A DNA stretch of 64,000 bases from Myxococcota bacterium (GCA_963674735.2 CAXXQS010000002.1:1920001-1984000); one strand, 5' to 3'; numbered from the stretch's first letter, positions 1-10,605 are shown. A program made the numbers and translations. Notes: generated from the letters alone by a model not told the origin.

Positions 1-180
1 GTCGTTGGCCCAGTGCGAGGCGGTGGCGGCGGAACCGCCGTTGCCGATGATGTAAACGGTTTTTCCTTTTTTGAGCACGGCGTCGAACAAATCGACGATG
101 CGGCCCAAGGTTGCCTGGTCGGTGACATCGAGCAGGCGTTTCATTTCGCTGAAATTCTTGCCGGAGTAATCTGAAAACAT
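1..180 (-). CDS. gmhA: SIS-domain phosphoheptose isomerase (GmhA-like), N-terminal part; runs off window start
   Basis: Not in ORF track. Manual translation from ATG at 180: MFSDYSGKNFSEMKRLLDVTDQATLGRIVDLFDAVLKKGKTVYIIGNGGSAATASHWAND, containing the GmhA GNGGSAA..H motif; near an hddA-like kinase. Confidence 0.8.
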   Translation of the reverse strand, partial: MFSDYSGKNFSEMKRLLDVTDQATLGRIVDLFDAVLKKGKTVYIIGNGGSAATASHWAND

Positions 181-202
181 GATGCGATCCTGTTCTCTGC
201 GG

Positions 203-1366
203 CTAACCCGCCGCCTTTTCCCAGCGTCCGTTCGGGCGCGTCAACAGAAGGTTTACCAGCCCAAGCGATAGGGCGAGATTGATGATAACGAAATAGTGCA
301 TCCAGCGCAACGGCCGCCAACGCTTGCGCCAGGCGGGAAACCAGTGGCCGACGAGCACCAAGCCGTACATGAAGGATTGGAGAGCGAAAAGGCCGAGATA
401 TATTCCGGAATCCGTTAGCGCCAGACAGCCCCACCAGGCCGTCAGCATAAAGAGAAAGCCCAGCCAGCGCAAGACCTTGTGGCTGAAGTAGACGTAGAAA
501 AGGCGAAGGTTGCGCGGCCACAACAGGTGACGAAAACGCCATAATATCTGATAGTTGCCCGATCCAATGCGTGTTCGGCGAGCGAATTCTTCCCGGGCGT
601 CGAGGCCCATTTCCTCCACCATCGTCGCCTCGTCGTCCACCACCACGTCCTTACCGGTGGCCGCGATGGAAAGCGGCAGATGAAAATCGTCGCAGAGGGT
701 GTCGGGCGGCAGGGGGGTGAAGTCGCTCCGGCGCAGGCAATACCCCGCCCCGGATGGCTGGATGGCCTGCCCAAGACGGCTTTCCTCGCGGCGTAGAAAC
801 GATTCCAAGCGCCAATACAGCCCCTCGCCGGTATCCTCGCTGCCGTCGGCGCGCCGGTAGATGAGGCGCGCCCCGGCGACGCCGATGGCGGGATCCTGCA
901 GACGCCGCACCAGCCGTTTCAGCATGGCGGGGTCGTGCTGGCTGGTGGCGTCGGACATCAAAAGCAGCTCGGCGTCGCAGTCCTCCACCAGGCGGTTGAC
1001 GACCCCCGCTTTGCCGGTACGCTCGTGAAAGGGCCGGATATGGATACGCGGGTCGTCTTGCGCTTCCCGCCGGGCGATTTCCACGGTTGCATCGGCCGAG
1101 CAGTCGTCGCCCAGCCGCAAGGTCAGCCGCTCGGGTGGATAGTCGAGCGCGCGGAAATTGGCGATTTTGTCCGCGATGCCCGCCGCTTCGTTGTAGGCCG
1201 AGACGATCAGCGCCACCGAGGGCCATTCGGCGGGTGGGTCCGGAAGCGGGCGTTCCTTGATCCGCTTTCGCAGCAGCCACAACGACAGCGGGTAGCCGAG
1301 ATAGGGATAAACCAGGGCCGCGATGGAAATCCAGACGGCCGCAGTGGCGAGGGCGGTGAGCAGCAT
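203..1366 (-). CDS. Glycosyltransferase family 2 (CESA-like, membrane-anchored)
   Basis: SAYNE, DDCSAD, GKA..N, SDA, DDF and RRTRI (QxxRW-like) motifs; N- and C-terminal TM segments. Confidence 0.85.
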   Translation of the reverse strand: MLLTALATAAVWISIAALVYPYLGYPLSLWLLRKRIKERPLPDPPAEWPSVALIVSAYNEAAGIADKIANFRALDYPPERLTLRLGDDCSADATVEIARREAQDDPRIHIRPFHERTGKAGVVNRLVEDCDAELLLMSDATSQHDPAMLKRLVRRLQDPAIGVAGARLIYRRADGSEDTGEGLYWRLESFLRREESRLGQAIQPSGAGYCLRRSDFTPLPPDTLCDDFHLPLSIAATGKDVVVDDEATMVEEMGLDAREEFARRTRIGSGNYQILWRFRHLLWPRNLRLFYVYFSHKVLRWLGFLFMLTAWWGCLALTDSGIYLGLFALQSFMYGLVLVGHWFPAWRKRWRPLRWMHYFVIINLALSLGLVNLLLTRPNGRWEKAAG

Positions 1367-1369
1367 CGT

Positions 1370-2347
1370 TTAGCGATCGGTTCCGACGTAAAGGATTTTG
1401 GAGCCTTGCGGTTCCAGGCGGAAGGGGATTTCGCGCAGGCCCGCCGCCTCGGCTACGCGCCGACGGTTTTGTTTTTCGACGAACAGGAAGAGAAAGCCGC
1501 CGCCGCCCGCCCCGGCGATCTTGCCGCCCAGCGCCCCGGCGCTGCGGGCCGCCCGGTAGACCTGATCGATGGCGTTATTGGAAACGCCGTCGGCCACGCC
1601 GCGTTTGAGTTCCCAGCCTGCGTGCATGATATCTCCCACGCGTGAGAGATGGGTGCCTTCGGTAAGGACTTGCGCCACCTCGCCCGACAAATCGCGCATG
1701 GCCGTCAGGCGCTGCTGATTGTCTTTCGCCCGTTCGGCGTGCTGCTTGAGGATATCGGAGGCGCGGCGCGTATCGCCGGTGTAGAACATGGCCAGGTGCT
1801 CGTTCAGCGCGTCTTTGGTGTCGCGCGTGCAGATGACGGGGTTGACAAAGACGGTTTCGTCGGCGTTGAAGCGGATGACGTTGATGCCACCGTAGGCCGC
1901 GATGTACTGGTCTTGCTTGCCGATGGGTTCTTTCAGAATGTCGATTTCGATTTCGCAGGCCTCCGCCGCCAAGCGTTCCGGGGAAACGAAAACGCCCTGG
2001 TAGGCATACAGCGCGTTGAGAAGTCCGACGGTGAACGACGATGACGAGCCCAGGCCGGTTCCGGACGGAATGTCGGCCATGCTGATGATTTCCAGCCCGT
2101 GTTCGAGCCCCAGCCGTTCCAGGGCGGCGCGCACGATGGGGTGGCGCACTTCGGAGGCGTGGGCGACGATTTCCGTCTTGTTGTAGCTGATGCGGATGCT
2201 GTCGTCGAAGCTGCGATTGACGGTGATGTACATGTATTTGTCGATGGTGGTGGACAACACCTGCCCGTAACCGGAGCGGTAATAGGACTGCAGATCGGTG
2301 CCGCCGCCGGCGAAGCTCAGGCGAAACGGGGTGCGGGAAATAATCAT
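1370..2347 (-). CDS. hddA: GHMP kinase, D-glycero-alpha-D-manno-heptose-7-phosphate kinase (HddA-like)
   Basis: RTPFRLSFAGGGTD, PSGTGLGSSS, GKQDQY and GGKIAGAGGGG motifs; near gmhA. Confidence 0.85.
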   Translation of the reverse strand: MIISRTPFRLSFAGGGTDLQSYYRSGYGQVLSTTIDKYMYITVNRSFDDSIRISYNKTEIVAHASEVRHPIVRAALERLGLEHGLEIISMADIPSGTGLGSSSSFTVGLLNALYAYQGVFVSPERLAAEACEIEIDILKEPIGKQDQYIAAYGGINVIRFNADETVFVNPVICTRDTKDALNEHLAMFYTGDTRRASDILKQHAERAKDNQQRLTAMRDLSGEVAQVLTEGTHLSRVGDIMHAGWELKRGVADGVSNNAIDQVYRAARSAGALGGKIAGAGGGGFLFLFVEKQNRRRVAEAAGLREIPFRLEPQGSKILYVGTDR

Positions 2348-2381
2348 GCGCGTCTCCTCGTTGCGAAACGGAAAGCGGGTA

Positions 2382-3329
2382 TCAGGCCAATTGCTGGGTC
2401 AGCATGCGGGCGGCTTCGTCCACCGCTTCATCGGAATCGAAGCGGGGCGTCCAGCCCAAGGCCGCCAGTTTGCGGTTATCGAGCCGGACCTGCGGGACAT
2501 CGCCCGTCCAGCCGCGTACACCGCCGCTGTGAACGAGCTCTACGTCCGTAAGCCCCATCGCCTGGATGACGGCCTGGGCGAGGCGGTCGACGCTGCTGGC
2601 GCCGTCGCAGGTCAGGTTGAAGACATTGACGGCCTCGCTGGCGTGGGTAAAACCGTACCACATGCCGTCGACGAGTTCACGGACATACACGTAGGGCTTG
2701 GCCTGCTTGCCATCCCCCAGAATCGGAAGTTTCGTGGGGTCGGCTTTGAGTTTATTGATGAAATCCACCAGCGCGCCGTGGGTGCCGTTGCGCCCGACGA
2801 CATTGCCGAAGCGGAACATCCAGGTTTGGAAATCGAAATTGTGCGCAAAGGCGGTGATGAGTCCTTCGCAGGCCAGCTTGGATGCGCCGTAAAGCGAGAT
2901 GGGCAAAAGCGGACCGTAGTTTTCGGGGGTCGGCATGACGGTCGCCTCGCCGTAGATCGCCGAAGTGGACGCGAAGACCAGCTTCTTGACCTCCGTTCGG
3001 CGCATGGCTTCCAGTGTGTTGTAGGTGGCCAGGGTGCCGTGCTTGAGATCCCAGTCGGTGTAGCTGCGCCCATAGGAGATGTCGGAGTTGGCGGCCAGGT
3101 GGAACACGGCGTCCGCGCCGCGCATGGCTTCCACCAGCGGATCGAGGTCGAGCAGGTCGGCCTTGACGAAGGTCAGCCCGCGCGGCTTGAGCGGGTCGAG
3201 GAAGGCCTCCTGTCCCAGCATCAGGTTGTCGTAGGCGATGACGCGCCAACCCTCGTCGAGCAGGCGCTCGCAGAGGTTGCTGCCGATAAATCCGGCTCCG
3301 CCGGTGACGAATGCCAGTGGTTTCACCAC
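2382..3329 (-). CDS. NAD-dependent nucleotide-sugar epimerase/dehydratase (extended SDR)
   Basis: TGGAGFIG, ASTSAIYG, YGASK. Start moved to GTG at 3329 (AAGGAA upstream) instead of 3449, which overlaps the upstream gene. Confidence 0.85.
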   Translation of the reverse strand: MVKPLAFVTGGAGFIGSNLCERLLDEGWRVIAYDNLMLGQEAFLDPLKPRGLTFVKADLLDLDPLVEAMRGADAVFHLAANSDISYGRSYTDWDLKHGTLATYNTLEAMRRTEVKKLVFASTSAIYGEATVMPTPENYGPLLPISLYGASKLACEGLITAFAHNFDFQTWMFRFGNVVGRNGTHGALVDFINKLKADPTKLPILGDGKQAKPYVYVRELVDGMWYGFTHASEAVNVFNLTCDGASSVDRLAQAVIQAMGLTDVELVHSGGVRGWTGDVPQVRLDNRKLAALGWTPRFDSDEAVDEAARMLTQQLA

Positions 3330-3348
3330 GTTCGTTTCCTTTCGTTCG

Positions 3349-4488
3349 TCAAACGCCCTGAGACAGCAGGCGTTCGTAAATTCGTTCCGTGCGCGCGACC
3401 ATCGTGCCGACCGAAAAATGCTCGTGCATGCGAGCGCGACCGACTGCACCCATTTGCCGCAACGTGCTGGATTCGATATCGTTCAAGTTTAGCATGATCG
3501 AGGCGATGCTCGCAACCTCCGTCGGATCGAAGAGCCAGCCGCTGCGCTTTTCGTCCACCAGGCGAGACATGTCGGAGATCCGCGAAGCCAGAATCGGCCG
3601 CCCGGCGGCCTGGGCTTCGAGCACCACGTTGGGACAGCCCTCCCACAGCGAAGCCAGCACCACGGCGTCGGCGGCGGCATAGAAGCGTTCGATATCGGGC
3701 GCGGGCTCGTGAAAGAGCACCCGGTCGGACACCCCGGCCTCCTCGATGAAGTGTTTGAGCGCGGTTGCATAGTCTCCGCGCGGCGCGCTTCCGACGATCA
3801 GAAGCTTCCAGGCATGCTGTGTGAGCGTCCTGGCCTGCACGAGTGCCTGCACGAGCGCCAGATGATTCTTTTCGGGGGATGGACGGCCGACCATCAGCAA
3901 CAGCCGCTCTTCGTTGGCGATGCGCAGGGCGGCGCGGGTGGTGTTGCGCGTGGCGTCGGCGGCCGTGAAACGCTCGACATCCACCCCGTTGTGAATGACG
4001 TAGATCTTTTGCGCGGGCAGGCGGTAGTCGTCGATCAGCCGCTGCTTGGCCGTGTGGGTATTGGCGATGACGGCTTGCGCCAGGCGATAGGCGGTCCCTT
4101 CCGCCATCCGCACCCGGCGCGGGCGGTCGGGCTGGTTGGAGCGCTCGGAGGCGATGGCCATGCAGCCGGGAAGCAGTTGCGCGGCGGTGGCGGCGTACAA
4201 GTTTGGACCGGCCAACGAACCCTGAAGCAGACGGAATTTGTGGCGTAGGGCACCGGCGGCGAGTTGGAGCGCCAGTTGCGGCGACAACCCGAGGCGTTTA
4301 TGCAGGCGGTGGACCGGTATTCCGGCGTCCTGCAAAACGGGCAGGTGGAAGGTCGGATCGGCGTAGTAGTAGATATATGGTGCGAAAGCCCGTGGATTCA
4401 GACGTAGCACGAGTTCGACGAGCTGACGTTGTGCGCCGCCGGGCCCGAGATCGTCGATGATAAAACCGATTCCGACCGGCTGTTTCAT
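3349..4488 (-). CDS. Glycosyltransferase family 4
   Basis: C-terminal part of the 802-aa ORF. Likely start MKQPVGIGFIIDDLGPGGAQRQ, in ATGA overlap with the asnB stop, GAGGAGG RBS. Motifs IHNGVD, K, EGCPNVVLEA. Confidence 0.85.
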   Translation of the reverse strand: MKQPVGIGFIIDDLGPGGAQRQLVELVLRLNPRAFAPYIYYYADPTFHLPVLQDAGIPVHRLHKRLGLSPQLALQLAAGALRHKFRLLQGSLAGPNLYAATAAQLLPGCMAIASERSNQPDRPRRVRMAEGTAYRLAQAVIANTHTAKQRLIDDYRLPAQKIYVIHNGVDVERFTAADATRNTTRAALRIANEERLLLMVGRPSPEKNHLALVQALVQARTLTQHAWKLLIVGSAPRGDYATALKHFIEEAGVSDRVLFHEPAPDIERFYAAADAVVLASLWEGCPNVVLEAQAAGRPILASRISDMSRLVDEKRSGWLFDPTEVASIASIMLNLNDIESSTLRQMGAVGRARMHEHFSVGTMVARTERIYERLLSQGV

Positions 4489-6359
4489 CGCGCCTCCTCG
4501 TTGTCGCGGCGTTGCGGCAGGCGCTTGAGCCAGGTCTCGAAAAAGAGCAGGGACCACAAAACCTCGTGCCAGTTGGCCTCGCCGCGTTCCTGACGCTCGA
4601 TCACGGTGCGCACGCCCGCCGGGTCGAGGTAGGCGCGGTAAGCGGCGTTGGGGTTGAGCAGCGTGTCGTGCAGTTGCTCGCGCAAATCGTTTTTCAGCCA
4701 GCTCGCCAGGGGGATCGCGAACCCCTGTTTGGGGCGGTAGACCGCCTGAGGCGGCACCAGCCGCGCGGTGAGTTTTTTGAGCAGGTACTTGGTGGTCAGA
4801 CCGCGAATCTTGAGCTTCACCGGCAGGGAGGCCGCGAATTCGGCCAAGCGATGATCGAGCAGCGGGACGCGCGTCTCCAGGGCGTGGGCCATGCTCATGC
4901 GGTCGACCTTGGTGAGGAAATCGTCGGGCAACAACGACCCGGCATCGAACAGCCAGGCGTCGCGCAGCCCGCCGCGATGGCGGAAGGTCAATCCGGCGAA
5001 GGCGTCGTCGGCCGCCCGCGACTCCAGCAGTTCGGGCTTCAGGATCAAGCGGCGCACCTCCTCGGGCCAGCCGATCGCCCGCCAATAGCGTTCGGGGAAG
5101 GGCAGCAGGCTGCGGGTGAGCAGCCGTCCCAGACTGGCGCGGCGACTGGCCGGAGGGGCCGAGTGCAAGGCCGACGCCAGTAGGCGGCGCGGTGCGGCGG
5201 GAAGTCGACCGGCCGCTTGCACGCCCATATATTTCAAATAATGTGTATAGCCACCGAACAGCTCGTCGCCCCCGTCGCCGGTGAGGATCACCGTGACGTG
5301 TTCGCGGGCCAGTTTGGAGACGAGGTAGGTGGGAATCGCGGAGCTGTCGAAAAAGGGTTCGTCGAAATGGTCGGCCAAGGTCTCGACCAGACCCGCGGCT
5401 TTGGCTTCGACTGTCAATTCGTGGTGCTCGGTTCCGAGGTGCTCGGCCACCTGCCGCGCATAGGGGGCTTCGTTGAAACGCGCGTGGCCGAACGCGATGG
5501 AAAAGGTTTTCACTCGTCTCCCGGCGTGGCGCGCCATCATGGCCACCACCGCGCTTGAGTCGACACCCCCCGACAGAAAAGCCCCGAGCGGGACATCGGA
5601 AACCAGGTGCGCCTTGACCGCATCGGACAGTTCGGCATCCAGCCGCGCCAGGGCGTCGGCTTCCGAGATCGGCCGGATTTCGGTGGCGGCGGGATCCCAG
5701 TAGCGCCAGCGGCGCAGATGCCCATCCGCCCAGATCATGGCGTGGCCCGGCGGGCATTTGCGGATATGCTTGAAAGCCGAGCGCGGCGCGGGAATGTAGG
5801 GAAAGGTAAACGCCAGGGCCAGCGCGTCGGGGTCCAGCTCGTCGGCCAGACTGCGGTCATAGGCGATGAGCGCCTTGGGTTCGCTGGCGAAACTGAAACG
5901 CCCTTTGTGTTCGGCCACGAACAGCGGCTTGATCCCGAAGCGGTCACGCGCCAGAAAAACGCGCCGCCGTTTTTGGTCGTAGATGGCGAAGGCGAACATG
6001 CCGCGCAGGCGGGCGACGAGTTCAGCGCCCCATTCCTCGTAGCCGTGCACCAGCACTTCGCTGTCGGTGTGGGTGGTGAACACATGCCCGCGGTGCAGCA
6101 GGTCGTCGCGCAGTTCCATGAAGTTGTAGATTTCACCGTTGTAGGTGACCCAGACATCGCCGGTTTCGTTGCCGATGGGTTGGCGGCCGCTCGCGAGATC
6201 GATGATGGATAAGCGCCGCTGACCCAACCCCACCGGACCGTCGGTGTAGCGGCCTTCGTCGTCCGGGCCGCGATGGGCCAGACTGTCGCACATGGCTTTC
6301 AGTCCGTGGATGTCGACCAGCCGTTCCGGCGCTTCAACGACGCCGCAGATGCCGCACAT
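4485..6359 (-). CDS. asnB: Asparagine synthase-like glutamine amidotransferase (polysaccharide amidation), copy 1
   Basis: N-terminal MCGI, HRGPD, NGEIYN, RDRFGIKPL, LSGGVDSS, GDGGDELFGGY, KVDRMSM. Confidence 0.92.
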   Translation of the reverse strand: MCGICGVVEAPERLVDIHGLKAMCDSLAHRGPDDEGRYTDGPVGLGQRRLSIIDLASGRQPIGNETGDVWVTYNGEIYNFMELRDDLLHRGHVFTTHTDSEVLVHGYEEWGAELVARLRGMFAFAIYDQKRRRVFLARDRFGIKPLFVAEHKGRFSFASEPKALIAYDRSLADELDPDALALAFTFPYIPAPRSAFKHIRKCPPGHAMIWADGHLRRWRYWDPAATEIRPISEADALARLDAELSDAVKAHLVSDVPLGAFLSGGVDSSAVVAMMARHAGRRVKTFSIAFGHARFNEAPYARQVAEHLGTEHHELTVEAKAAGLVETLADHFDEPFFDSSAIPTYLVSKLAREHVTVILTGDGGDELFGGYTHYLKYMGVQAAGRLPAAPRRLLASALHSAPPASRRASLGRLLTRSLLPFPERYWRAIGWPEEVRRLILKPELLESRAADDAFAGLTFRHRGGLRDAWLFDAGSLLPDDFLTKVDRMSMAHALETRVPLLDHRLAEFAASLPVKLKIRGLTTKYLLKKLTARLVPPQAVYRPKQGFAIPLASWLKNDLREQLHDTLLNPNAAYRAYLDPAGVRTVIERQERGEANWHEVLWSLLFFETWLKRLPQRRDNEEAR

Positions 6360-7485
6360 GCGAACCTCCTTGTGTCGCTTCGGTGAGGAGATCGGCCACG
6401 TGCGCCACCATCCCTTCCAGCGAAAACCGCGCCGCCACGTTTGCGCGCGCCTGCGCGCCGAGTCGAGCGGCCAGGTGCGGGTTTTCCAGCAGTCGTGAAA
6501 TCGCGAAAGCCATCGACTGCGCGTCCTGCATCGGAACCAGCAGGCCGGAAAGTCCGTCGTCCACCGCTTCGGGAATACCGCCCACCGCCGAGGCGATCAC
6601 CGGCAGACCCGCCTGCATGGCTTCGAGCAGCGCATTGGGAAAGCTTTCGGTGAGGCTGGGCAGGACGAAGAGATCGGCTGCACCGAGAAGCGGGCGCACA
6701 TCGGACAGCGTTCCCGCGAAAACGACCTGCCGGGCGACATTCAAGCGTTTGGCTTCGGCTTTGAGCGCCGCCGCTTCGGGACCCTCCCCGGCCAGCACGA
6801 GCACGGGAGACGGGGTGGAGGGTGGAAGCAGCGACAGCGCGGTCAACAGGCTGCGGTGGTCTTTTTCGGGCGACAGGCGCGCCACGCAGGCGATCAGGGG
6901 TGCGTTCGGCGAAACACCCAAGTCTTGCCGTGTGGCGGCCCGGACGGCGCGATAGGGGGCGAAGTCTTCGGCGGGCAGGCCGTTATGCACCACGGTGACG
7001 CGCGTTTCGGGCAGGTAGCCGTCGCGCTTGAGCTCGTTGACCATGGCGTGGGAGTTGGCCACGACACGCACGGCGGCCAGGTTCGCGGCCATGTTGGCCA
7101 GCCGGTCCCGTCGTCGATAGGGAATGATGCGCCCGCGCTGCCCCGTGACATGGGGGACGCGCGCCGCGTGCGCCGCCATCGACCCCAGTACATTGGTGTA
7201 ATAATGATTGGTGAAAAGCAGATCGACCTCTTGTTTGCGTAAGATGTGTGTCCAGCGCGCCACCTGCAGAAGTCCGGCGGGTTTGAGGTAGCCGCCGCGC
7301 ATCGGAAAGAGCCGCAACGGGACGTCGTCCGGGAGCTGGGAGCGCAGGGGACCGGCCTCCGAGAACGCACCCAGCGAAAGGGCGAAACGCTCGCGCGGCA
7401 GATGTCGGGCCAGACGCAGCACGAAACGTTCGCTGCCGCCGATTTCGAAGGTGTCGGTAAAGAGCATCAGCCGGATTGGTTCCAT
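6334..7485 (-). CDS. Glycosyltransferase family 4
   Basis: Start MEPIRLMLF at 7485 with GAGGAGG RBS; GGSE, VHNG, ARLSPEKD, ESFPNALLEA. Confidence 0.88.
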   Translation of the reverse strand: MEPIRLMLFTDTFEIGGSERFVLRLARHLPRERFALSLGAFSEAGPLRSQLPDDVPLRLFPMRGGYLKPAGLLQVARWTHILRKQEVDLLFTNHYYTNVLGSMAAHAARVPHVTGQRGRIIPYRRRDRLANMAANLAAVRVVANSHAMVNELKRDGYLPETRVTVVHNGLPAEDFAPYRAVRAATRQDLGVSPNAPLIACVARLSPEKDHRSLLTALSLLPPSTPSPVLVLAGEGPEAAALKAEAKRLNVARQVVFAGTLSDVRPLLGAADLFVLPSLTESFPNALLEAMQAGLPVIASAVGGIPEAVDDGLSGLLVPMQDAQSMAFAISRLLENPHLAARLGAQARANVAARFSLEGMVAHVADLLTEATQGGSHVRHLRRR

Positions 7486-7498
7486 TGCCGTCGCCTCC

Positions 7499-9352
7499 TC
7501 ACCACACCGGGCGGGCGTGCCGCCACCAGCGTTGCAAGACCAGAATCTGCCACAAGCGCCAATGGTGTTCACGTCGTCCGGCCAGGTGCTCGTCGAGCAG
7601 ACGACCCACGGCGCGCGGCTGCCACAAACCGGTGTCGGCCAGGGCGGCGGGCGACAGCTCTTCTTGCAGCAGCGGCCGCAATTCGCCCCGGAACCAACGC
7701 GCCAGGGGAACGGCGAACCCGCGTTTGGGCCGGTGTACGAACTCGGTCGGTAGATGGCGTTCCAGGACGCGTTTCAAGATCGCCTTGCGCAGACCGTTTT
7801 GCACTTTGTAATGGACCGGCAGGGAAAAGGCGAAGTCCACGACGTCCTTGTCGAGCAGTGGCACGCGCGTTTCGAGGGAAACGGCCATGGACATGCGGTC
7901 CACCTTGGTGAGGATGTCGCCGGGCAGGTAGCTGTGCATGTCGGCCAGTTGCAGGCGCGTCTGCATGTCGCTTCCGGCTGGCCAGGCGGCGAGGCCGCGC
8001 AGAAAATCGTAGGTGTCGGATTCCACGTTCGCCAGAACGCCCGGATCAAGCAGCGTGCGGGCGCGGTATTCGCCGATTTCAAGCAGGGCGTAACGTTCGG
8101 GTTCGAGGGCCAGACCGCGCAGCAGATTCTTTCCCGGCGCGCGTTGCGGCAGCAGTTCGGCCGCCAGGGGGAACAGCCGCCGCCGTACCCAGGTCGGAAC
8201 CGGCTTGAGCCAGCGTTCCCGTAGCGGGGCGTCGTATTTGTCGTAACCGGCGAACAGTTCGTCGCCGCCGTCCCCCGAGAGGGCCACGGTGACGTGTTCG
8301 CGGGTGGCTTTCGAAACCAGATAGGTGGGCAGGGCCGACGAGTCGGCGAAAGGCTCGCCGAAGCGCGGCAGGAGATCGTCGAGCAATTCCATGGTGCGGA
8401 CCGTGGCCAGGCTTTCGTGGTGGTCGGTGCCGAGATGGGCGGCCACGGCGCGGGCGGCGGTGCGTTCGTCGTGCGCCGGGTCGTCGAAACCCACCGTGAA
8501 GGTGCGCACCTGCTCGGCAGCGCGCGCCATTTGCGCCACCACGGCGGAGGAATCGACGCCCCCCGATAAAAAGGCGCCCAGCGGCACGTCGCTGATGAGT
8601 TGCCGTTTGACGGCGGTGAAGAGACGGGCGTCGAGTTCTTCCACGGCTTCGTCGAAACTGGGCAACGGCTCGGCCGGAACGGTGGCGGGCCGCCAGTAGC
8701 GTTCGATGGTCAGGCGTTTATCCTGCAAAACGGCGCGTGAACCGGGGGCCAGCTTGCCGATCTGCTTGTAAATCGAGAGCGGATCGGGCACGTAAAACAA
8801 GGCCATGTAATGCGCCAGCGCTTCCGGGCGGACGGTCAGTGCGGCGCGGAATTCCGGGACGGCGGTCAGGGCGTTCAATTCCGACGCGAAGGCGAAGGTC
8901 TGGCCGAAGAAACCGATATAGAGCGGTTTGATGCCCACGTGGTCGCGGGCCAGCAGCAGGCGTTTTTTCGGTTTGTCGTAGAGCGCGAAGGCGAACATGC
9001 CGTTGAGTGCGTCCACCATATCATCGCCGCGCGTGGCGTACAGATGCAGCAGCACTTCGGTGTCGCTGTCGCTGCGAAAGACGCAGCCTGCCCGCTCCAG
9101 TTCTTGGCGCAATTCGGGGAAATTGTAGATTTCGCCGTTATAGACGACCGTCAGCGTTCCATCGGCGCTGTGCATCGGCTGGTGGCCGCCGGCCAGATCG
9201 ATGATCGACAGGCGTCGCTGGCCCAGGGCCACGTTTTCATCAATGAAAAAGCCCTCGTCGTCGGGCCCGCGATGGGCCATGGCGTCGCACATGCGTTGCA
9301 ACGCCCCGCGTGTGTCGCCCCGGAAATCGACGAGTCCCGCGATACCGCACAT
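7499..9352 (-). CDS. asnB: Asparagine synthase-like glutamine amidotransferase, copy 2
   Basis: Start MCGIAG at 9352 (GGAGG RBS, 1-bp overlap with upstream stop); same AsnB motifs as copy 1. Confidence 0.92.
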   Translation of the reverse strand: MCGIAGLVDFRGDTRGALQRMCDAMAHRGPDDEGFFIDENVALGQRRLSIIDLAGGHQPMHSADGTLTVVYNGEIYNFPELRQELERAGCVFRSDSDTEVLLHLYATRGDDMVDALNGMFAFALYDKPKKRLLLARDHVGIKPLYIGFFGQTFAFASELNALTAVPEFRAALTVRPEALAHYMALFYVPDPLSIYKQIGKLAPGSRAVLQDKRLTIERYWRPATVPAEPLPSFDEAVEELDARLFTAVKRQLISDVPLGAFLSGGVDSSAVVAQMARAAEQVRTFTVGFDDPAHDERTAARAVAAHLGTDHHESLATVRTMELLDDLLPRFGEPFADSSALPTYLVSKATREHVTVALSGDGGDELFAGYDKYDAPLRERWLKPVPTWVRRRLFPLAAELLPQRAPGKNLLRGLALEPERYALLEIGEYRARTLLDPGVLANVESDTYDFLRGLAAWPAGSDMQTRLQLADMHSYLPGDILTKVDRMSMAVSLETRVPLLDKDVVDFAFSLPVHYKVQNGLRKAILKRVLERHLPTEFVHRPKRGFAVPLARWFRGELRPLLQEELSPAALADTGLWQPRAVGRLLDEHLAGRREHHWRLWQILVLQRWWRHARPVW

Positions 9353-10605
9353 CAGTGTTGCCCTCCGGTGAAGGTGTGGGGTGCGAGGTGTCGATAACTT
9401 TCCTCGAAAACCGCCATGCAGCGTTCCCAGGACAACTCTTTTTCGGCAAACGCGCGGCAACGGGCGCGGCGGGCCGGAGCGCCGTCGGGCCAGTCGGCAA
9501 AGAGGGTTCGAGCGGCGTCGGTATAACAGGCGGTGTCCAGGCTTTCCACCCGTACGCCGAGATCCCCTTCGGCCACCATATCGGAGAGATCCCCGATACC
9601 GGCGGAGATGGCGCAGGGCAGTCCACAGGCCAGGTATTCGGCTATTTTGACCGGCGAGGCCACCGCGTTGACCAGTGAGGGCTCGCGCAATAAAAGGCCC
9701 GCGTCGGCGGCGCTCAACCAGCGCGGAACGTCGGCGTGCGGCACGGAGCGGATGGCCAGGTTGGCGGTCAGTCCGGCGTTTTGCAAGGCCGACTCGGTGG
9801 TGGCGGCGTCGGGGCTCAGGCATAGGAAAAAGGTGTCGGGACGCACCTCCCGCGCAGCTTGTACGAAAGCGGCCACTTGCTCAACGATCTGATAGGCCTG
9901 GATGGAGCCGACGAACATGAGCAGCGGTTGGTCGCCCACGCCCAGTTCGCGCCGCAGCGCGCTGCGGGCGGCGGGATCGAAGCGGAACTGCCGGATGTCC
10001 ACCGACGAGCGCGTGATGCGGGTTCGCTCTTCCTGAATTCCGTAGGTGTCGCTCAGATAGCGCTGGAAAGGCGAGGAAACGACAAACAGCAGATCGGCCT
10101 GCAACGTGGCCTGTCGTTCGGCGCGCGCCATGCGGCGATAGGCCGGATCGCTTTTTTGCATGGCCCCGGCGTAAAGGGCCTCCGCCAGCGGGACGCCGTG
10201 CATGTCCACCACCACCGGCTTGTGTAGCAGGCGTCCCACCCGGCAGGCCAGGGCGGCGGCATGGATTTCGTGTACATGCAGGATGTCGGCGCGCAGGCTC
10301 TGCGCCAAGGCGGCCATCACGCCGCCGTCGAGCCAAGCGCGCAAAACGGCCATGCGCGGGCGGTGTTCCATAAAAACGGGGATGGTGACGAGACGCGCCC
10401 CGGCGTCCTGCACTTGCTCGGCCAAGGAGCGTCGGCCCTCGCGGTGAACGCGGAACTCGGCATGGTTTTCGTAGGCCAGGGCGGTCATGGGGTAACCGCG
10501 TTTGGCCAGCTCGGATATTTCAGCGCGGCATTGCTGGCTGAAACCGGTTTGCCGGAACATGCTGCCATTGGTGATGTAGAGAATATGGGGCCGCTTTTTC
10601 TTCAC
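9352..10605 (-). CDS. Glycosyltransferase family 4
   Basis: DILHVH, VVVDMHG, FVGSI, SPVKIAEYLACGLP. Probable GTG start at 10605 with GGAAGGA upstream (ORF track start 10632). Confidence 0.82.
   Translation of the reverse strand: MKKKRPHILYITNGSMFRQTGFSQQCRAEISELAKRGYPMTALAYENHAEFRVHREGRRSLAEQVQDAGARLVTIPVFMEHRPRMAVLRAWLDGGVMAALAQSLRADILHVHEIHAAALACRVGRLLHKPVVVDMHGVPLAEALYAGAMQKSDPAYRRMARAERQATLQADLLFVVSSPFQRYLSDTYGIQEERTRITRSSVDIRQFRFDPAARSALRRELGVGDQPLLMFVGSIQAYQIVEQVAAFVQAAREVRPDTFFLCLSPDAATTESALQNAGLTANLAIRSVPHADVPRWLSAADAGLLLREPSLVNAVASPVKIAEYLACGLPCAISAGIGDLSDMVAEGDLGVRVESLDTACYTDAARTLFADWPDGAPARRARCRAFAEKELSWERCMAVFEESYRHLAPHTFTGGQH

Noticed and set aside
3349-5757. 802-aa ORF (and 774-aa 7499..9823, 510-aa 41657..43189) as long fusion proteins
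   Set aside because: The N-terminal extensions are off-frame overlaps of neighbouring genes; real starts with family N-termini lie at 4488, 9352 and 42790.
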